DNA of 64,000 nucleotides from a bacterium (GCA_049472335.1 JBLIRO010000011.1:5084-69083); one strand, 5' to 3'. Positions 31,201-40,504 are shown, counted from the stretch's first letter. The notes: a model not told the origin generated them from the letters alone. Made by a program: numbers and translations.

Positions 31201-34200
31201 ATCTATGCTCCACACATCTCCATCAAAATGACTAATACCTAAATAAGTTGCCACCCAAAGATAATCTTTTGATGAAATCTCTATGGATTGGACAAAATTG
31301 TTAGGCAGATATTCAGTGCCTTTGAATGTTTGCCATACTACACCGTCAAACCTGGTTAAACCTATTGCGTTTGGATCTACAGGGAATCCATAAATATAAC
31401 CTATCCCTGCCCATACAACATTATTCTGGTCTATCTCGATTGAAGTGACGGTGTTGCCGGGTAAGCCATTATCCTTTCTATAGATCTCCCATAACTCATC
31501 TTTCGAGGTCTTACTTACACTTAGTGAATGATCGGAAGCGGGCTTTCCACCCGCAGCAACCTCACCATTATGGAAAAAGAACCTGTAATTTATAATACCA
31601 TCTCCCTGATGGAAAAGTTTTGTGGAAAAGGTATAAATCTTTCCGTCAGAAGTATCCGTATCTGATGAATCATCCTCTTTCATTATAGATTTCTCGAAAG
31701 GACCATACTCGCCGTTATCATCCTGATCTATCCATATCTGTTTGCTTTCAGGCAACAGACCCGATTTATCCGTATATTTGACTGAAAAATTAAACTGAGT
31801 GCCACTTTCTGCCTCATTGGGGTCCACCCCGTCATCAGTAAATCCAGGTTCACCGGTCCAGTCAAGCTGGGGGGCGCCAATGAGCGTTACACCATCGAGA
31901 CGGCTTCCCGGTCCCTGGGCCTTCCCCTTAATGTTCTCAAAATAGAAACGGTAGGCGAGGTTTTCAAATTTTGTATTTGGGTCATATTCCGGTGAAAATT
32001 CGATTTTTTCGGCATAATAGGTATAGATAAGGCCCTGTGAGACAGAGGCATTAGGATCAACAGCCTCCATGTCAAACCTCTCATTCTCCTCAAAAGACCC
32101 GTTATTATTAAGGTCTATCCATACCTGAGAAACATCGGGCAGTATATTCGATCTGTCCCTGTACTCCACCCTGAAGGTGAAAGAGCCTCCGGCCGCGCCC
32201 ACAGGGGGTTGTACACCGGTACTTTGAAGATTGGGATCATACACCCAGTCAAGGGTCGATTGAAATGAGGCGGTGTAAAGATCGTATGAAGAATTGCTGC
32301 GCAGGTCTTCCCATACCAGTCTGCAGCCAAGATCGGGGTCACAAACCATGTCCGAGCGGTCCTGGGTCCCGGCTACTCCAACGAGGCTGGTGCCCTCATA
32401 TTTGTCTTCCACATCATCAGGGCTGTCTATCAGCCGGCCATTGGGGTCCATCCTGACTGCTTTTAAAGTGCCTGTCCGCGGGTATGTCATGATGCGAGGG
32501 AGCAGCATATTAACTGGGTATATGGGATAGGATATCTCGATCCATGTAATGATATATTGATGAGCCTGTGGGTCCCAATAAACCCTCGGCCTTATCTGAT
32601 TCCCTTCGGCCGTGCAGATAGGGATCTCAAGGTAAGGCTTATCAAGATACTGAACGGCCAATCCATTCACATTGACCCTCATCCCGTATATATCATATCC
32701 CCCTTCTGTTCCAAGGGCCCGGCTGTCCTGCCATACGATCAAAAAGTTCTCCCCGTCCGATGCAATGTCCGGAAAGAGCTGATTGACATTAGGATCGGAA
32801 AGGTTCTTCTGTAAAGGATTTTCAGTATCATTGAAAAACTTAAAACCATCCTCAGGAGGAGTGGGATACTTCACCCCGTTGGGATCTATCCTTATGCCAT
32901 AGACTCGGGACTCATGATACCCGGTCGCGATATCCACATCGGTTACGTCCTGCCATACTACCAGGTAGTATTGCCCGTTCCATGCAACCCTGGGCATTAA
33001 CTGGTGTCCTTCACCAGGCGACTCCCTTCCCGGCACGGTTATCTGTATCCAGATCCTGTCCCCTCTCCCGAAATCTTCTTCGGTGACTAATTTCGCCCAA
33101 ATCTCGGTCAGCTCATTAGCGTACTCGATCCTGGACTCACTTTCCCATACAACCAGGTATTGGCCGTTGCCGCCTACAGCCATATCCGCATTGAGCATGT
33201 TTTTATCGCTGGTTGAGCCCCCGATGATGAACTCCCCTCCGGAGTTGGGATCGTTTGGATCTATAATGGGCTCACCGTCAGCATTCATAAAAATCCCGTA
33301 AATATCAAGCCCCTCATAGATGCTCTCCGGTTTAAAGATATTATTTTCGTTTCCGGTCTGTTCGATTATAGAGCTGTTTCTGAGGTCTTCCCATATGAGC
33401 AATGTCTTTCCGGTTTCAGGATTAAATCTGGCCATGGGTTTGGTCGCGCCCTTAGGGCTTTTGTCTATCCTTTTTTGCCCGGGTTCGCCCGGGCCGTCCT
33501 TTACCTGCCCGGTTTGGGAGAGCAATTCCATCCATATGTGATCTATTACAGGGACATCGTTCGCGTCAAGCTCAAATTCTCTCGGGTCCTGCCAGAACAA
33601 CTGATAACCGCTGCCGGTGCCTGCAATGGATGGTAAAAACTGATTGTGGGTATTCAGACATGCCGATGTCTCACCCATGGGGTTAAGGGTAAGATAGCTC
33701 CCGGGCCACCTTGGATCTCCGACAGCCTTGTTTTTTCCGTCATCGGATTCAAATTTATAAAAAACTACAGATGTCGTATTCAGCCCGAGCATCAGTCTGA
33801 CGGTCTTTGTATAGATCTGCCCCTGCTGATAGGAAGCCCCGTCGGCCTCCATATCCAGTCTTTCATGGTTGGGGTCAAAGCGGCTATCCCCGTTCTTGTC
33901 TATCCATAATTGCATTTTCTGCGGCGGGTCACCATCTTCATCTTTGTAAATGACGCGGAATTGAAAGGGGGTATTTGTGTCCCATTGCGCTCCGTCGGGT
34001 CTTGCCCCGTCTTCTGTGAAACCAGGTTCATTAGGGTCATTTGTCCAGTCAAGAAGGGGCTTGTACCCTTCAAGTTCAACATTAAATGTGTTATATTTGG
34101 TCGGCTCACCCACTGCCACATTGTATTTATCCATGAAAAGGAATGTGTAGGCGAGTATGCCGTCTCCATCATAGAGGATTCCGGGGTTTTGATAGGAATA

Positions 34201-35778
34201 CACCCTTCCCGTTGTATAATCGGTATTGGGGTCTTCCTCTTCAAGCATGTCAAAAACCTCCCCTTCCCCGGGACTCCCGTTATCGTCCAGATCGATCCAT
34301 ATCTGTGCTTTTTCGGGGGGCTCGTTTATCACCCCGGGGGAGACATACTCAACCTTGAAGGTAAATGGGCTCCCCCCGATGGCTGTGTTCGGGTCCACTC
34401 CGTCTTCTTCATAGCCGGGAAGGCCGGTCCAATACAATACAGGCGAAGGAGGTGGATCATATATCCTTCCGGTAAGGGTCCAAACGGTTCCTTCCGAGGC
34501 TGACCAGAAACAAAAATATCTATCATCCCCTGATCCTGATGAGGCCACGGAAAAAGACCGCGGCATTTGATTTGAATTTGTACTTATCCTGGTCCCGTTC
34601 GCCGTATTGGGGTCATCGCTCAGGATAATGCCATCTGGTGATATCCTCGCCCCGTACAGATGTTCCACAACCTTACTGGTCTCCGAGTCTCTTCGGTCCA
34701 GCCATAGCACGAAGAATCCCTGTCCGTTAGTGGACACTTCCGGTAATGTCTGGTAATTGGGCGCAGAGCAGATGTATATAAGTCTGCTCACAATATTTCC
34801 ATCCGGATCTAACATAAAACCCAGGATATCCTTGTCAGTTCCTTTCGTATCTGCCCAATTCTCCCACGCGACCAGAAATCTATTATTCATACCCTCAACC
34901 GAAGGATAATATTGATCTGAAGGCATAGATATTAGATAGCGAAGCGGAGTGGAAACAAGGTCGCCGTTGGGGTCTTCATAAAATAATTTTACAAGGATAT
35001 CCAATCCACTAATAAGGGAAAGATCATAAAAACTTCCGCTCCACATGATGAGCCAGGAGGCCGTATTAGGGTCCTCCATGGATGCGAGATCGAAACAGGC
35101 CCTGTTCCCTACCTTATTGTATGCGTAATCAACAGTAATCTCTTCAGGCTCCTGATCCAATACTTGACCGTTAGGGTCCACCCTCTTTCCGTAAATGGAT
35201 ACCTTTGGGTTGGCAGTAGTATGGTCCTTCCAGTCTTCCCAGGCCACAAAATAATATTGCATTTGCCCATTCCATTTGATCCTTGGAAGTTTGAGGTTTC
35301 CCGCACCCGTTTCAATGGGTATTTCCTTTAAAATTTTGCCATCAGCGCTGATAAGCGCCCCATAAATGTCAAAATAGATGGAGTTCGGGTCCCTATCGTC
35401 CGACCAGACCGCCAGATAAGAATCTCCGTCGGAATCAATATCCGGTTCTTTTTGGTTTCCGGTGAATTTGCTGATAGTGATGATTTTCCCCTGTAAAGTT
35501 CCGCTCTTGTCTACTATCTTCCCGAAAATATCATTCCCTGTTTCTTTGGTCTGTTCCTCCCATATGCACAAATACCCCTGTCCATTTGATGAAACCCTTG
35601 CGGTGGGCTTTCTGTTGGTCTCACGGTTTGGATCCTGACTGAAAGTGATAGGGTCCTCGGGAAGTACAACGATGGCGAATACAGGATAAGAGCACAACAA
35701 AAATGGCCATATCACCAGAAGACATGTTACTATTATTAGGGCCCTTCTCATCAGGTCCTGTTTTTTAATGCGATCCAT
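28294..35778 (-). CDS. Giant surface protein (2494 aa): four beta-propeller regions, six repeated ~120-aa domains, GCFI-TM-basic C-terminal sorting signal
   Basis: Signal peptide; YLVVWxD..DIYG blades; Reg_prop-like DxxGxxW blades; six W[IL]DxxxN repeats; ESGCFIG...TM...CRKK. Confidence 0.85.
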   Translation of the reverse strand: MDRIKKQDLMRRALIIVTCLLVIWPFLLCSYPVFAIVVLPEDPITFSQDPNRETNRKPTARVSSNGQGYLCIWEEQTKETGNDIFGKIVDKSGTLQGKIITISKFTGNQKEPDIDSDGDSYLAVWSDDRDPNSIYFDIYGALISADGKILKEIPIETGAGNLKLPRIKWNGQMQYYFVAWEDWKDHTTANPKVSIYGKRVDPNGQVLDQEPEEITVDYAYNKVGNRACFDLASMEDPNTASWLIMWSGSFYDLSLISGLDILVKLFYEDPNGDLVSTPLRYLISMPSDQYYPSVEGMNNRFLVAWENWADTKGTDKDILGFMLDPDGNIVSRLIYICSAPNYQTLPEVSTNGQGFFVLWLDRRDSETSKVVEHLYGARISPDGIILSDDPNTANGTRISTNSNQMPRSFSVASSGSGDDRYFCFWSASEGTVWTLTGRIYDPPPSPVLYWTGLPGYEEDGVDPNTAIGGSPFTFKVEYVSPGVINEPPEKAQIWIDLDDNGSPGEGEVFDMLEEEDPNTDYTTGRVYSYQNPGILYDGDGILAYTFLFMDKYNVAVGEPTKYNTFNVELEGYKPLLDWTNDPNEPGFTEDGARPDGAQWDTNTPFQFRVIYKDEDGDPPQKMQLWIDKNGDSRFDPNHERLDMEADGASYQQGQIYTKTVRLMLGLNTTSVVFYKFESDDGKNKAVGDPRWPGSYLTLNPMGETSACLNTHNQFLPSIAGTGSGYQLFWQDPREFELDANDVPVIDHIWMELLSQTGQVKDGPGEPGQKRIDKSPKGATKPMARFNPETGKTLLIWEDLRNSSIIEQTGNENNIFKPESIYEGLDIYGIFMNADGEPIIDPNDPNSGGEFIIGGSTSDKNMLNADMAVGGNGQYLVVWESESRIEYANELTEIWAKLVTEEDFGRGDRIWIQITVPGRESPGEGHQLMPRVAWNGQYYLVVWQDVTDVDIATGYHESRVYGIRIDPNGVKYPTPPEDGFKFFNDTENPLQKNLSDPNVNQLFPDIASDGENFLIVWQDSRALGTEGGYDIYGMRVNVNGLAVQYLDKPYLEIPICTAEGNQIRPRVYWDPQAHQYIITWIEISYPIYPVNMLLPRIMTYPRTGTLKAVRMDPNGRLIDSPDDVEDKYEGTSLVGVAGTQDRSDMVCDPDLGCRLVWEDLRSNSSYDLYTASFQSTLDWVYDPNLQSTGVQPPVGAAGGSFTFRVEYRDRSNILPDVSQVWIDLNNNGSFEENERFDMEAVDPNASVSQGLIYTYYAEKIEFSPEYDPNTKFENLAYRFYFENIKGKAQGPGSRLDGVTLIGAPQLDWTGEPGFTDDGVDPNEAESGTQFNFSVKYTDKSGLLPESKQIWIDQDDNGEYGPFEKSIMKEDDSSDTDTSDGKIYTFSTKLFHQGDGIINYRFFFHNGEVAAGGKPASDHSLSVSKTSKDELWEIYRKDNGLPGNTVTSIEIDQNNVVWAGIGYIYGFPVDPNAIGLTRFDGVVWQTFKGTEYLPNNFVQSIEISSKDYLWVATYLGISHFDGDVWSIDTQIDPNSDHVNIIASDDDGNIWADVLTVDPNTLQDPNAFNDPNSFKDPNFEIYGGGLARYDSGEWTFYKRKILGADFITAMDIDTNGILWAGIIDVVTDPNDRIKEDYKGIVLFDPNAEQVVTRFNSSEGDYPGGDYINTIYIDASGDVWVGSQSLREDPNEISRYGIFKGMGLSHYSSEQKTWTQYIDGENGVNLGSNLVMAIDRRGDDLWLGHTPESETLMGGATYHNLTTGTWQVLNSNDSPSGQSFNKINELAIDAERTVWFATVDGVVRYIPPDTILTFTDDAGFVNGVSPNPGKSGEEFEFRVQYSDKGNTPPDKAQVWLDLDTNNSYEDDEKFDMLPLDPNDQNYTDGVVYFYTITITGFDYEPATLPYKYYFEKDSSAVPGTPANDHDLNIEPLVVLTFTDDTGFVNGVSPESGKSGTKFEFRVQYSDDENIEPDKAQVWIDLDANDNYEDDEKFDMRKVDPNDNDYMDGVVYSYTRTINLSDGGSISYMFYFEKSGRSVTGTPTEEHEFVVEPETPIELMWQTFHAGKFVSSLALDKDNKLWVGFRLKRDSQTGQVTDSSSGGMARLDGSEWSYFKQNLDVLSLQITPTDNHLWAWTSAGLFEYDGITWTPYEDPDPNINFLGMAADNRGRVWVVKSQQYLSSSAYYSDDTSPYYDDANAIKFDPNSIKFSSKLIRYESGQDPFSDSSVTTQGNFIYSLTTDPNGQVWIGISDISKDPNGLPKEEYKGIVIFNPDTGDDRLLKDVYPGYPGWKAVFRLDKDDDGDIWVLSIDPLSILDPNSFRLGLSHFNYEDRIWSHYTNGQGDVQFLNLYITDIDRKGNDLWLGHYSYGDSPGGATKHVLESSKWEYFNNENVNQDFMNITALVVDQRGIVWFGSSNGLFRYNSEGVMKILLPYNGLFDPNEESGCFIGRTGENGKINSRIIILFSMIMCVFLFLIGFFCRKKNFQIKNISDDKNVR
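29620..30360 (-). repeat. Intragenic tandem duplication with 369-bp period (domain copies 5 and 6); boundaries approximate
   Basis: ccgagtattgaaccctgaactcaaac at 29895 and 30264; LTFTDDxGFVNGVSP...DKAQVWxDLD...YEDDEKFDM occurs twice. Confidence 0.75.
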
Positions 35779-35921
35779 TTTTACCTCTGTGTTACAGGTT
35801 ACAATCCCCCTATATGGGTCAAATCATAATAAAATAGGCTTTTTCTCTGAGACTTAAAGTCTATACTAATATTACAGGTTAAATTCAGCCAATCCTTGAA
35901 CCTCATTAAAATGCCTCTCTC

Positions 35922-38900
35922 CTAATTCTCTAAACTTCGAATGAAACACCCCACCCCCTCAAACCCTAATGGATCAGAAGTAGAGGCAGTCCTGAATCCC
36001 AGGGTAAATTCCGGCATGGATGCCCCGGTTTGATCTTTCGCATTCGTATCTATAGTCAGGATATAACTTGTCCCCTGATCCAGGTTCCCTCCAGGAGTGA
36101 ATTCCAGCAGATAATCGTTTAACCAATTATAACTGCCAGTTACACATTGACTGCCGGGATCAAAATTTGGATCTACCCGTAAACATAAAGCGCTTTGTGT
36201 GGAATTAGTATTCATTGGCCGGGTAAAATTTATTTGAATCTTGAGGTCGATAGGTACAGATTGCTCTCCCTGTGTCGGATAAGTGGAAAGTATCCACGAT
36301 CCCGAGGTTGTGAAATCTGCCTGATATGTCTGTAAAAGCTGGTTCAATGAGAGATCAGAGGCATTAGTATCTACTCTCATCGAATACTGCATCCCGGACT
36401 CCAGGTTTCCATTGGGATCAAATATGAGTTTCGTTCCCTCCCATGAAAATGTACCGGCTACTTTAATGAAGTTGGCATCCATGAGGGCAAAAGCGGCTTC
36501 AGTTGCAGCATGATTCATAAACTCTGAAAAGTTCACCCAGAAAGGCCCGCCTACAGGGATATTAGTGACACCATCAGAGGGATATGAAGCAATAACGGTT
36601 GGCTTTATTGTATCTCCAATAGTCAATAATCCCTTATCAGTTCCGGCATATACCTCTCCATTTGAACCGGCCTGCATCGTTAATACCATAGCATCTGTTA
36701 ACGGGTATCTTGTCCAACTGTCAGGCGATTTTATCGGTTCATTTATTTTAAGAATACTGATGCCGGAATCCGTAGCAATCCATAATTCATTAGTATTGGC
36801 AGGATTTATGATCATATCATAGATGGAATTCGGGAGCAGCCCCCCTTTGGTTTCTATATAATCACAGGATTCAAAATTACATTCTCCCGCGAGCATATCG
36901 TCGATATTAATCTTATAAAGCCTGTCTTTTGTTCCAAGCCAAAGATTACCAAATCCATCCACTGTCATGGCTCTGAGATTGGAGTTGATTTTTTCCTCAG
37001 GGAACTTCATCCTGAGAAGCCCTCCATCCGGGCTCCAGACCCTGAGGTTCGGGTCCCATAAATCGGGTTGCCATTTGCTGAGTTTTTCAGCATCAAATCC
37101 CGCTATTGAGTTACAGGGTTCATTGGGATCACTCATAAAGAACAGTTCGCTTGCCACCCAGACAGTCCCAGTCCCACCCAAACTATCTACAGCAATGAGA
37201 GACGTAAAAGGAAACGCTGTCGTAGCGGACCAATCCCAGTCACTGGAATTGGAATTATATCTCCCGACAGCTATACCGCCTGTTGTGGCAACCCAGATAA
37301 AATCTTCCGTGCCGGCAAAATATACGTCTATGGCATTTACATATAAAAAGTTATCATCCTCTGACAGACCATAAAATGTATTTGGATCATACCAATGCCA
37401 TGTCTGGCCATCGAACATATTCAAGCCCCCGCCTGTTCCTTCCGGACTGGGTTGGGTAGCGATCCAGAGATTACCCTGGCTGTCAAAGTCTAAATCATTG
37501 ATTGAATCACTCGTCAATCCACAATTGGGATCAGTAGTTGAGTATTGTTTCCAGTCATTGCCGTCGTGATGGAAAAGTCCGATTCCCATCCAGTTACTGT
37601 TGGGATCGAGAGTAGCCATGCCTGCCCAGATCCTTCCATTCACAGGATCGAGCGCCATGGCGGTAACGGCAATCAGATTCGGATCCATTCCCATAATATT
37701 GTATACCGGCCAGCCACCTTCCGGCGGAGAAACGGTTTCAAGAGTTACAGTCGTGAATTGCCATGTCTTGCCCTGTGTCAGGGGAGATCCTGATTCTGAT
37801 TGGGCTGATGTGGTAATTGACGCCTTATAATTATGATTCGGATCTAAAGGATCACTCGGAATAAAACTGAAACCTGTTGAAGCCTGATTCCAGCTATAAC
37901 CTCCGGAAACAGGTGTATTCTGATCATCCAACAGGCTAAATGCGCCCTCCACAGAGCTTCTATTCATGGGACCGCTAAATATTATCTCTATATTTGCATA
38001 AATTGACACAGAGTCTTCATTGTCAGCAGGAAAGCTGGATAAAATGGTAGTAGTTTTATCGGTTTCAAAAGAAAATGTGTAGCCGGAGAATGGAATACCA
38101 TAAATATCTGTCGCATTTGCATCAATAGTGACCCAATATTTAGTCCCTGATGTCAGAGGATTATCCGGTTTGAAGACAAACTTGTTGGTATCTGAACCCG
38201 GCGGCCATAAAAATTCACCAGAAACAGTCGGGTCCAGTCTGAAGCTTCTTTCAACCGAATTTGTGTCCATTGAGCTATTAAATAAAACAATGATATTTGT
38301 ATCAACTGAAACATCATTAGCGTCAACTTCGGGATACGGGAAAGACCCTGGTATAAAAACAATTTGAGGTGGGGCTTTGGTAGTAAATTGTAATTCATAA
38401 TTTTCAGATAAAGTATTACCAAAAATATCTTTAACGTTTTTATCAACACTGAATATATATTTTGTGCCTGGAAGTATTGGCGGGTCACCCGAAATAGATA
38501 TAACCAAATGATTTGGATCGTCAGGAAACTCCATTTCCTCTTCATAAACGGGAGTAGGTAATATATCTCCTTCGGCCTGGAATGATATCATGTTAGGGAA
38601 AAAACTCCCCTGGTCCATCGGCTTGTTGAACCAGATTTGTATTGGCGCATATGGATTTACACCAAGAGCATCATCGACAGGTTCTGTATTCACAACCTCC
38701 GGCACAATAATAGTTTTAAACTCGACTCTTCTATCTACAACTCCTATGGTTTCGCCGGAAGCATATAATATATCTGTAGTAAAAGTGAATCTATACCATT
38801 TATCAGGATAAAGATTAGAATTTGGTTGTTTTGGTTCTATGATAAGGTGTATATTTGTATTTGAATCAAGAAAACGCCAGGCAAAATCATTGGGATCATT

Positions 38901-40148
38901 TATATTTGGATCACTTATATAACCTCTATCCGAATCAAACATCTCAAATGTCAGGCTGCTGTTGGGATCGGGGCCTCCTAGCTTTATACTACCAGAATCA
39001 ATGGGATTATTGAACACGATCTCTATGGCATTTGTATCTATGGAAACGTTCTCCTCGCCATCACCGGGATTTGACCAGATAATAGCCCCCTCTTTCCAGA
39101 GATAAAGCCCGTCTTCTTCTGTTCCAAACCAGACTCGATTATTGTCTGAGTCCACAAGGATATCCGTTATGATCTGTGTACTCAGGTCCATGTAAGCAGG
39201 CGTGCCAATGGGCTGCCACAAGTCCGTATCAAAATCATATCTTGCTATCCCGTCAGTCGTTGCCACAATAATTCTATTGGCGCCCCGGTATATACCAATA
39301 GCCTGAACTTCATTTGAAGGCAATCCGGAATTGACTTCTTCCCATTGGGTCCATGCATCATTAGGGTCAGGATTATTAGTTTCAAAACGCCAGAGACCGT
39401 ACCAGTAGCTTCCAAGCCATATATCATTGCTGTCTCCCATAATAAGGTCGTTGAAAATGACCTCGTTTTGTTCCATTGCTGAAAAATGCTCCCACTGACC
39501 GCTTGAAACAATATATCTATAAATACCCCCAAGAGGATTGGGGAAAAAACCGGGCACTACCCAAATCGTATCATCATCTCCGGATGCAACTTCCCAGGCT
39601 ACTGAGGAATCGAATCCGTTTGGATCATTACTATAAAGTTCCCAGTTGCCCGATGACTTCTCAAACCGGTTAAGTCCCGAATCAGTTGCAACCCATACAA
39701 AATCGTAATCAATCTCGATATCACTTATATTATCCGAGATTGTAAAAGAAAGCCCGCTATGAAGAAACGGATTGTTGGGATCGGAAATTTCATCAGGATC
39801 GTATGAAATCAAACCCTGTGGAGTACCAAGCCAGAGCACAATATTTTGATCTATATCCATTGAGGAAACAGGAGCATAAAGATTGGGATCGACTTTTAGG
39901 TCTATTATCCAACCGGTATTCGGATCATCTGATGAGAGTATTTTTTTAACCAGTCCCTCTCCGGTTCCAATCCATAACCTGTTGGGATCTATGGATAATG
40001 TGTTGATATGAGAGGAAGGCAAATTAGTTGTATTAGGGTCATAATGCTCCCATCCCGTCCAAGCCCTCTGGGCTGGTGGGACAAATATGAGAACAGCTAA
40101 TAAAGTGGTTATCAAATAAAGATGATATCCCTTGAAAACGGACTTCAT
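35922..40148 (-). CDS. Large surface protein (1408 aa): two Reg_prop-like beta-propellers plus about six Big_5/SbsA-like Ig domains, C-terminal GCFI
   Basis: Signal peptide; LWIGT/VWVAT blades; P.DG..V...I.I.F...M Ig repeats; ends EGVGCFIRSLEN. Confidence 0.85.
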   Translation of the reverse strand: MKSVFKGYHLYLITTLLAVLIFVPPAQRAWTGWEHYDPNTTNLPSSHINTLSIDPNRLWIGTGEGLVKKILSSDDPNTGWIIDLKVDPNLYAPVSSMDIDQNIVLWLGTPQGLISYDPDEISDPNNPFLHSGLSFTISDNISDIEIDYDFVWVATDSGLNRFEKSSGNWELYSNDPNGFDSSVAWEVASGDDDTIWVVPGFFPNPLGGIYRYIVSSGQWEHFSAMEQNEVIFNDLIMGDSNDIWLGSYWYGLWRFETNNPDPNDAWTQWEEVNSGLPSNEVQAIGIYRGANRIIVATTDGIARYDFDTDLWQPIGTPAYMDLSTQIITDILVDSDNNRVWFGTEEDGLYLWKEGAIIWSNPGDGEENVSIDTNAIEIVFNNPIDSGSIKLGGPDPNSSLTFEMFDSDRGYISDPNINDPNDFAWRFLDSNTNIHLIIEPKQPNSNLYPDKWYRFTFTTDILYASGETIGVVDRRVEFKTIIVPEVVNTEPVDDALGVNPYAPIQIWFNKPMDQGSFFPNMISFQAEGDILPTPVYEEEMEFPDDPNHLVISISGDPPILPGTKYIFSVDKNVKDIFGNTLSENYELQFTTKAPPQIVFIPGSFPYPEVDANDVSVDTNIIVLFNSSMDTNSVERSFRLDPTVSGEFLWPPGSDTNKFVFKPDNPLTSGTKYWVTIDANATDIYGIPFSGYTFSFETDKTTTILSSFPADNEDSVSIYANIEIIFSGPMNRSSVEGAFSLLDDQNTPVSGGYSWNQASTGFSFIPSDPLDPNHNYKASITTSAQSESGSPLTQGKTWQFTTVTLETVSPPEGGWPVYNIMGMDPNLIAVTAMALDPVNGRIWAGMATLDPNSNWMGIGLFHHDGNDWKQYSTTDPNCGLTSDSINDLDFDSQGNLWIATQPSPEGTGGGLNMFDGQTWHWYDPNTFYGLSEDDNFLYVNAIDVYFAGTEDFIWVATTGGIAVGRYNSNSSDWDWSATTAFPFTSLIAVDSLGGTGTVWVASELFFMSDPNEPCNSIAGFDAEKLSKWQPDLWDPNLRVWSPDGGLLRMKFPEEKINSNLRAMTVDGFGNLWLGTKDRLYKINIDDMLAGECNFESCDYIETKGGLLPNSIYDMIINPANTNELWIATDSGISILKINEPIKSPDSWTRYPLTDAMVLTMQAGSNGEVYAGTDKGLLTIGDTIKPTVIASYPSDGVTNIPVGGPFWVNFSEFMNHAATEAAFALMDANFIKVAGTFSWEGTKLIFDPNGNLESGMQYSMRVDTNASDLSLNQLLQTYQADFTTSGSWILSTYPTQGEQSVPIDLKIQINFTRPMNTNSTQSALCLRVDPNFDPGSQCVTGSYNWLNDYLLEFTPGGNLDQGTSYILTIDTNAKDQTGASMPEFTLGFRTASTSDPLGFEGVGCFIRSLEN

Positions 40149-40257
40149 TTTCTTCTCTCCTCTCTCCTTATTTTTTAGGTTAAAGCAGGAAAACTTATAA
40201 ACGACCCAAAAGCCCTGATGTGCTGATAATGCTTAGAAATTTTCCTGTAGAGATAAA

Positions 40258-40273
40258 TGCAAGAAATATTCCT
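40258..40273 (-). promoter_or_regulatory. Possible sigma-54 (-24/-12) promoter upstream of the surface-protein unit
   Basis: Minus strand AGGAATATTTCTTGCA has GG-N10-GC spacing, 110 nt upstream of the start; partial consensus match. Confidence 0.25.
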
Positions 40274-40504
40274 GACGTGCTATTTATCCTTAGATCTTTT
40301 TTCTTTTGGAAACCTTGCTAAGTAATATCTTAACAAACAGGTCATAATCGATAAAAAATATCATTATGAGCTTGATTTTTCAATACAAAAACTTATGCCT
40401 ATTTTATTGAATCTCATATATTTTGTCAAATTTAATTCATGCATTCTTTTTCCTAATTTTTGAAAGATATTGTAAACAAAAGATGCGATCAGAATATATT
40501 AAGT

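Noticed and set aside
28294-40148. DPN as a DNA-level repeat, CRISPR-like array or DGR target
   Set aside because: Codons vary (GATCCAAAT, GACCCCAAT, GATCCGAAT, GATCCCAAC), spacing is irregular, and there is no cas gene, reverse transcriptase or adenine-specific template/variable pair.
28294-40148. DPN as the canonical PglB sequon D/E-X-N-X-S/T
   Set aside because: Pro at X is disfavoured, and only a few sites (DPNAS, DPNTT, DPNSS) have S/T at +2.
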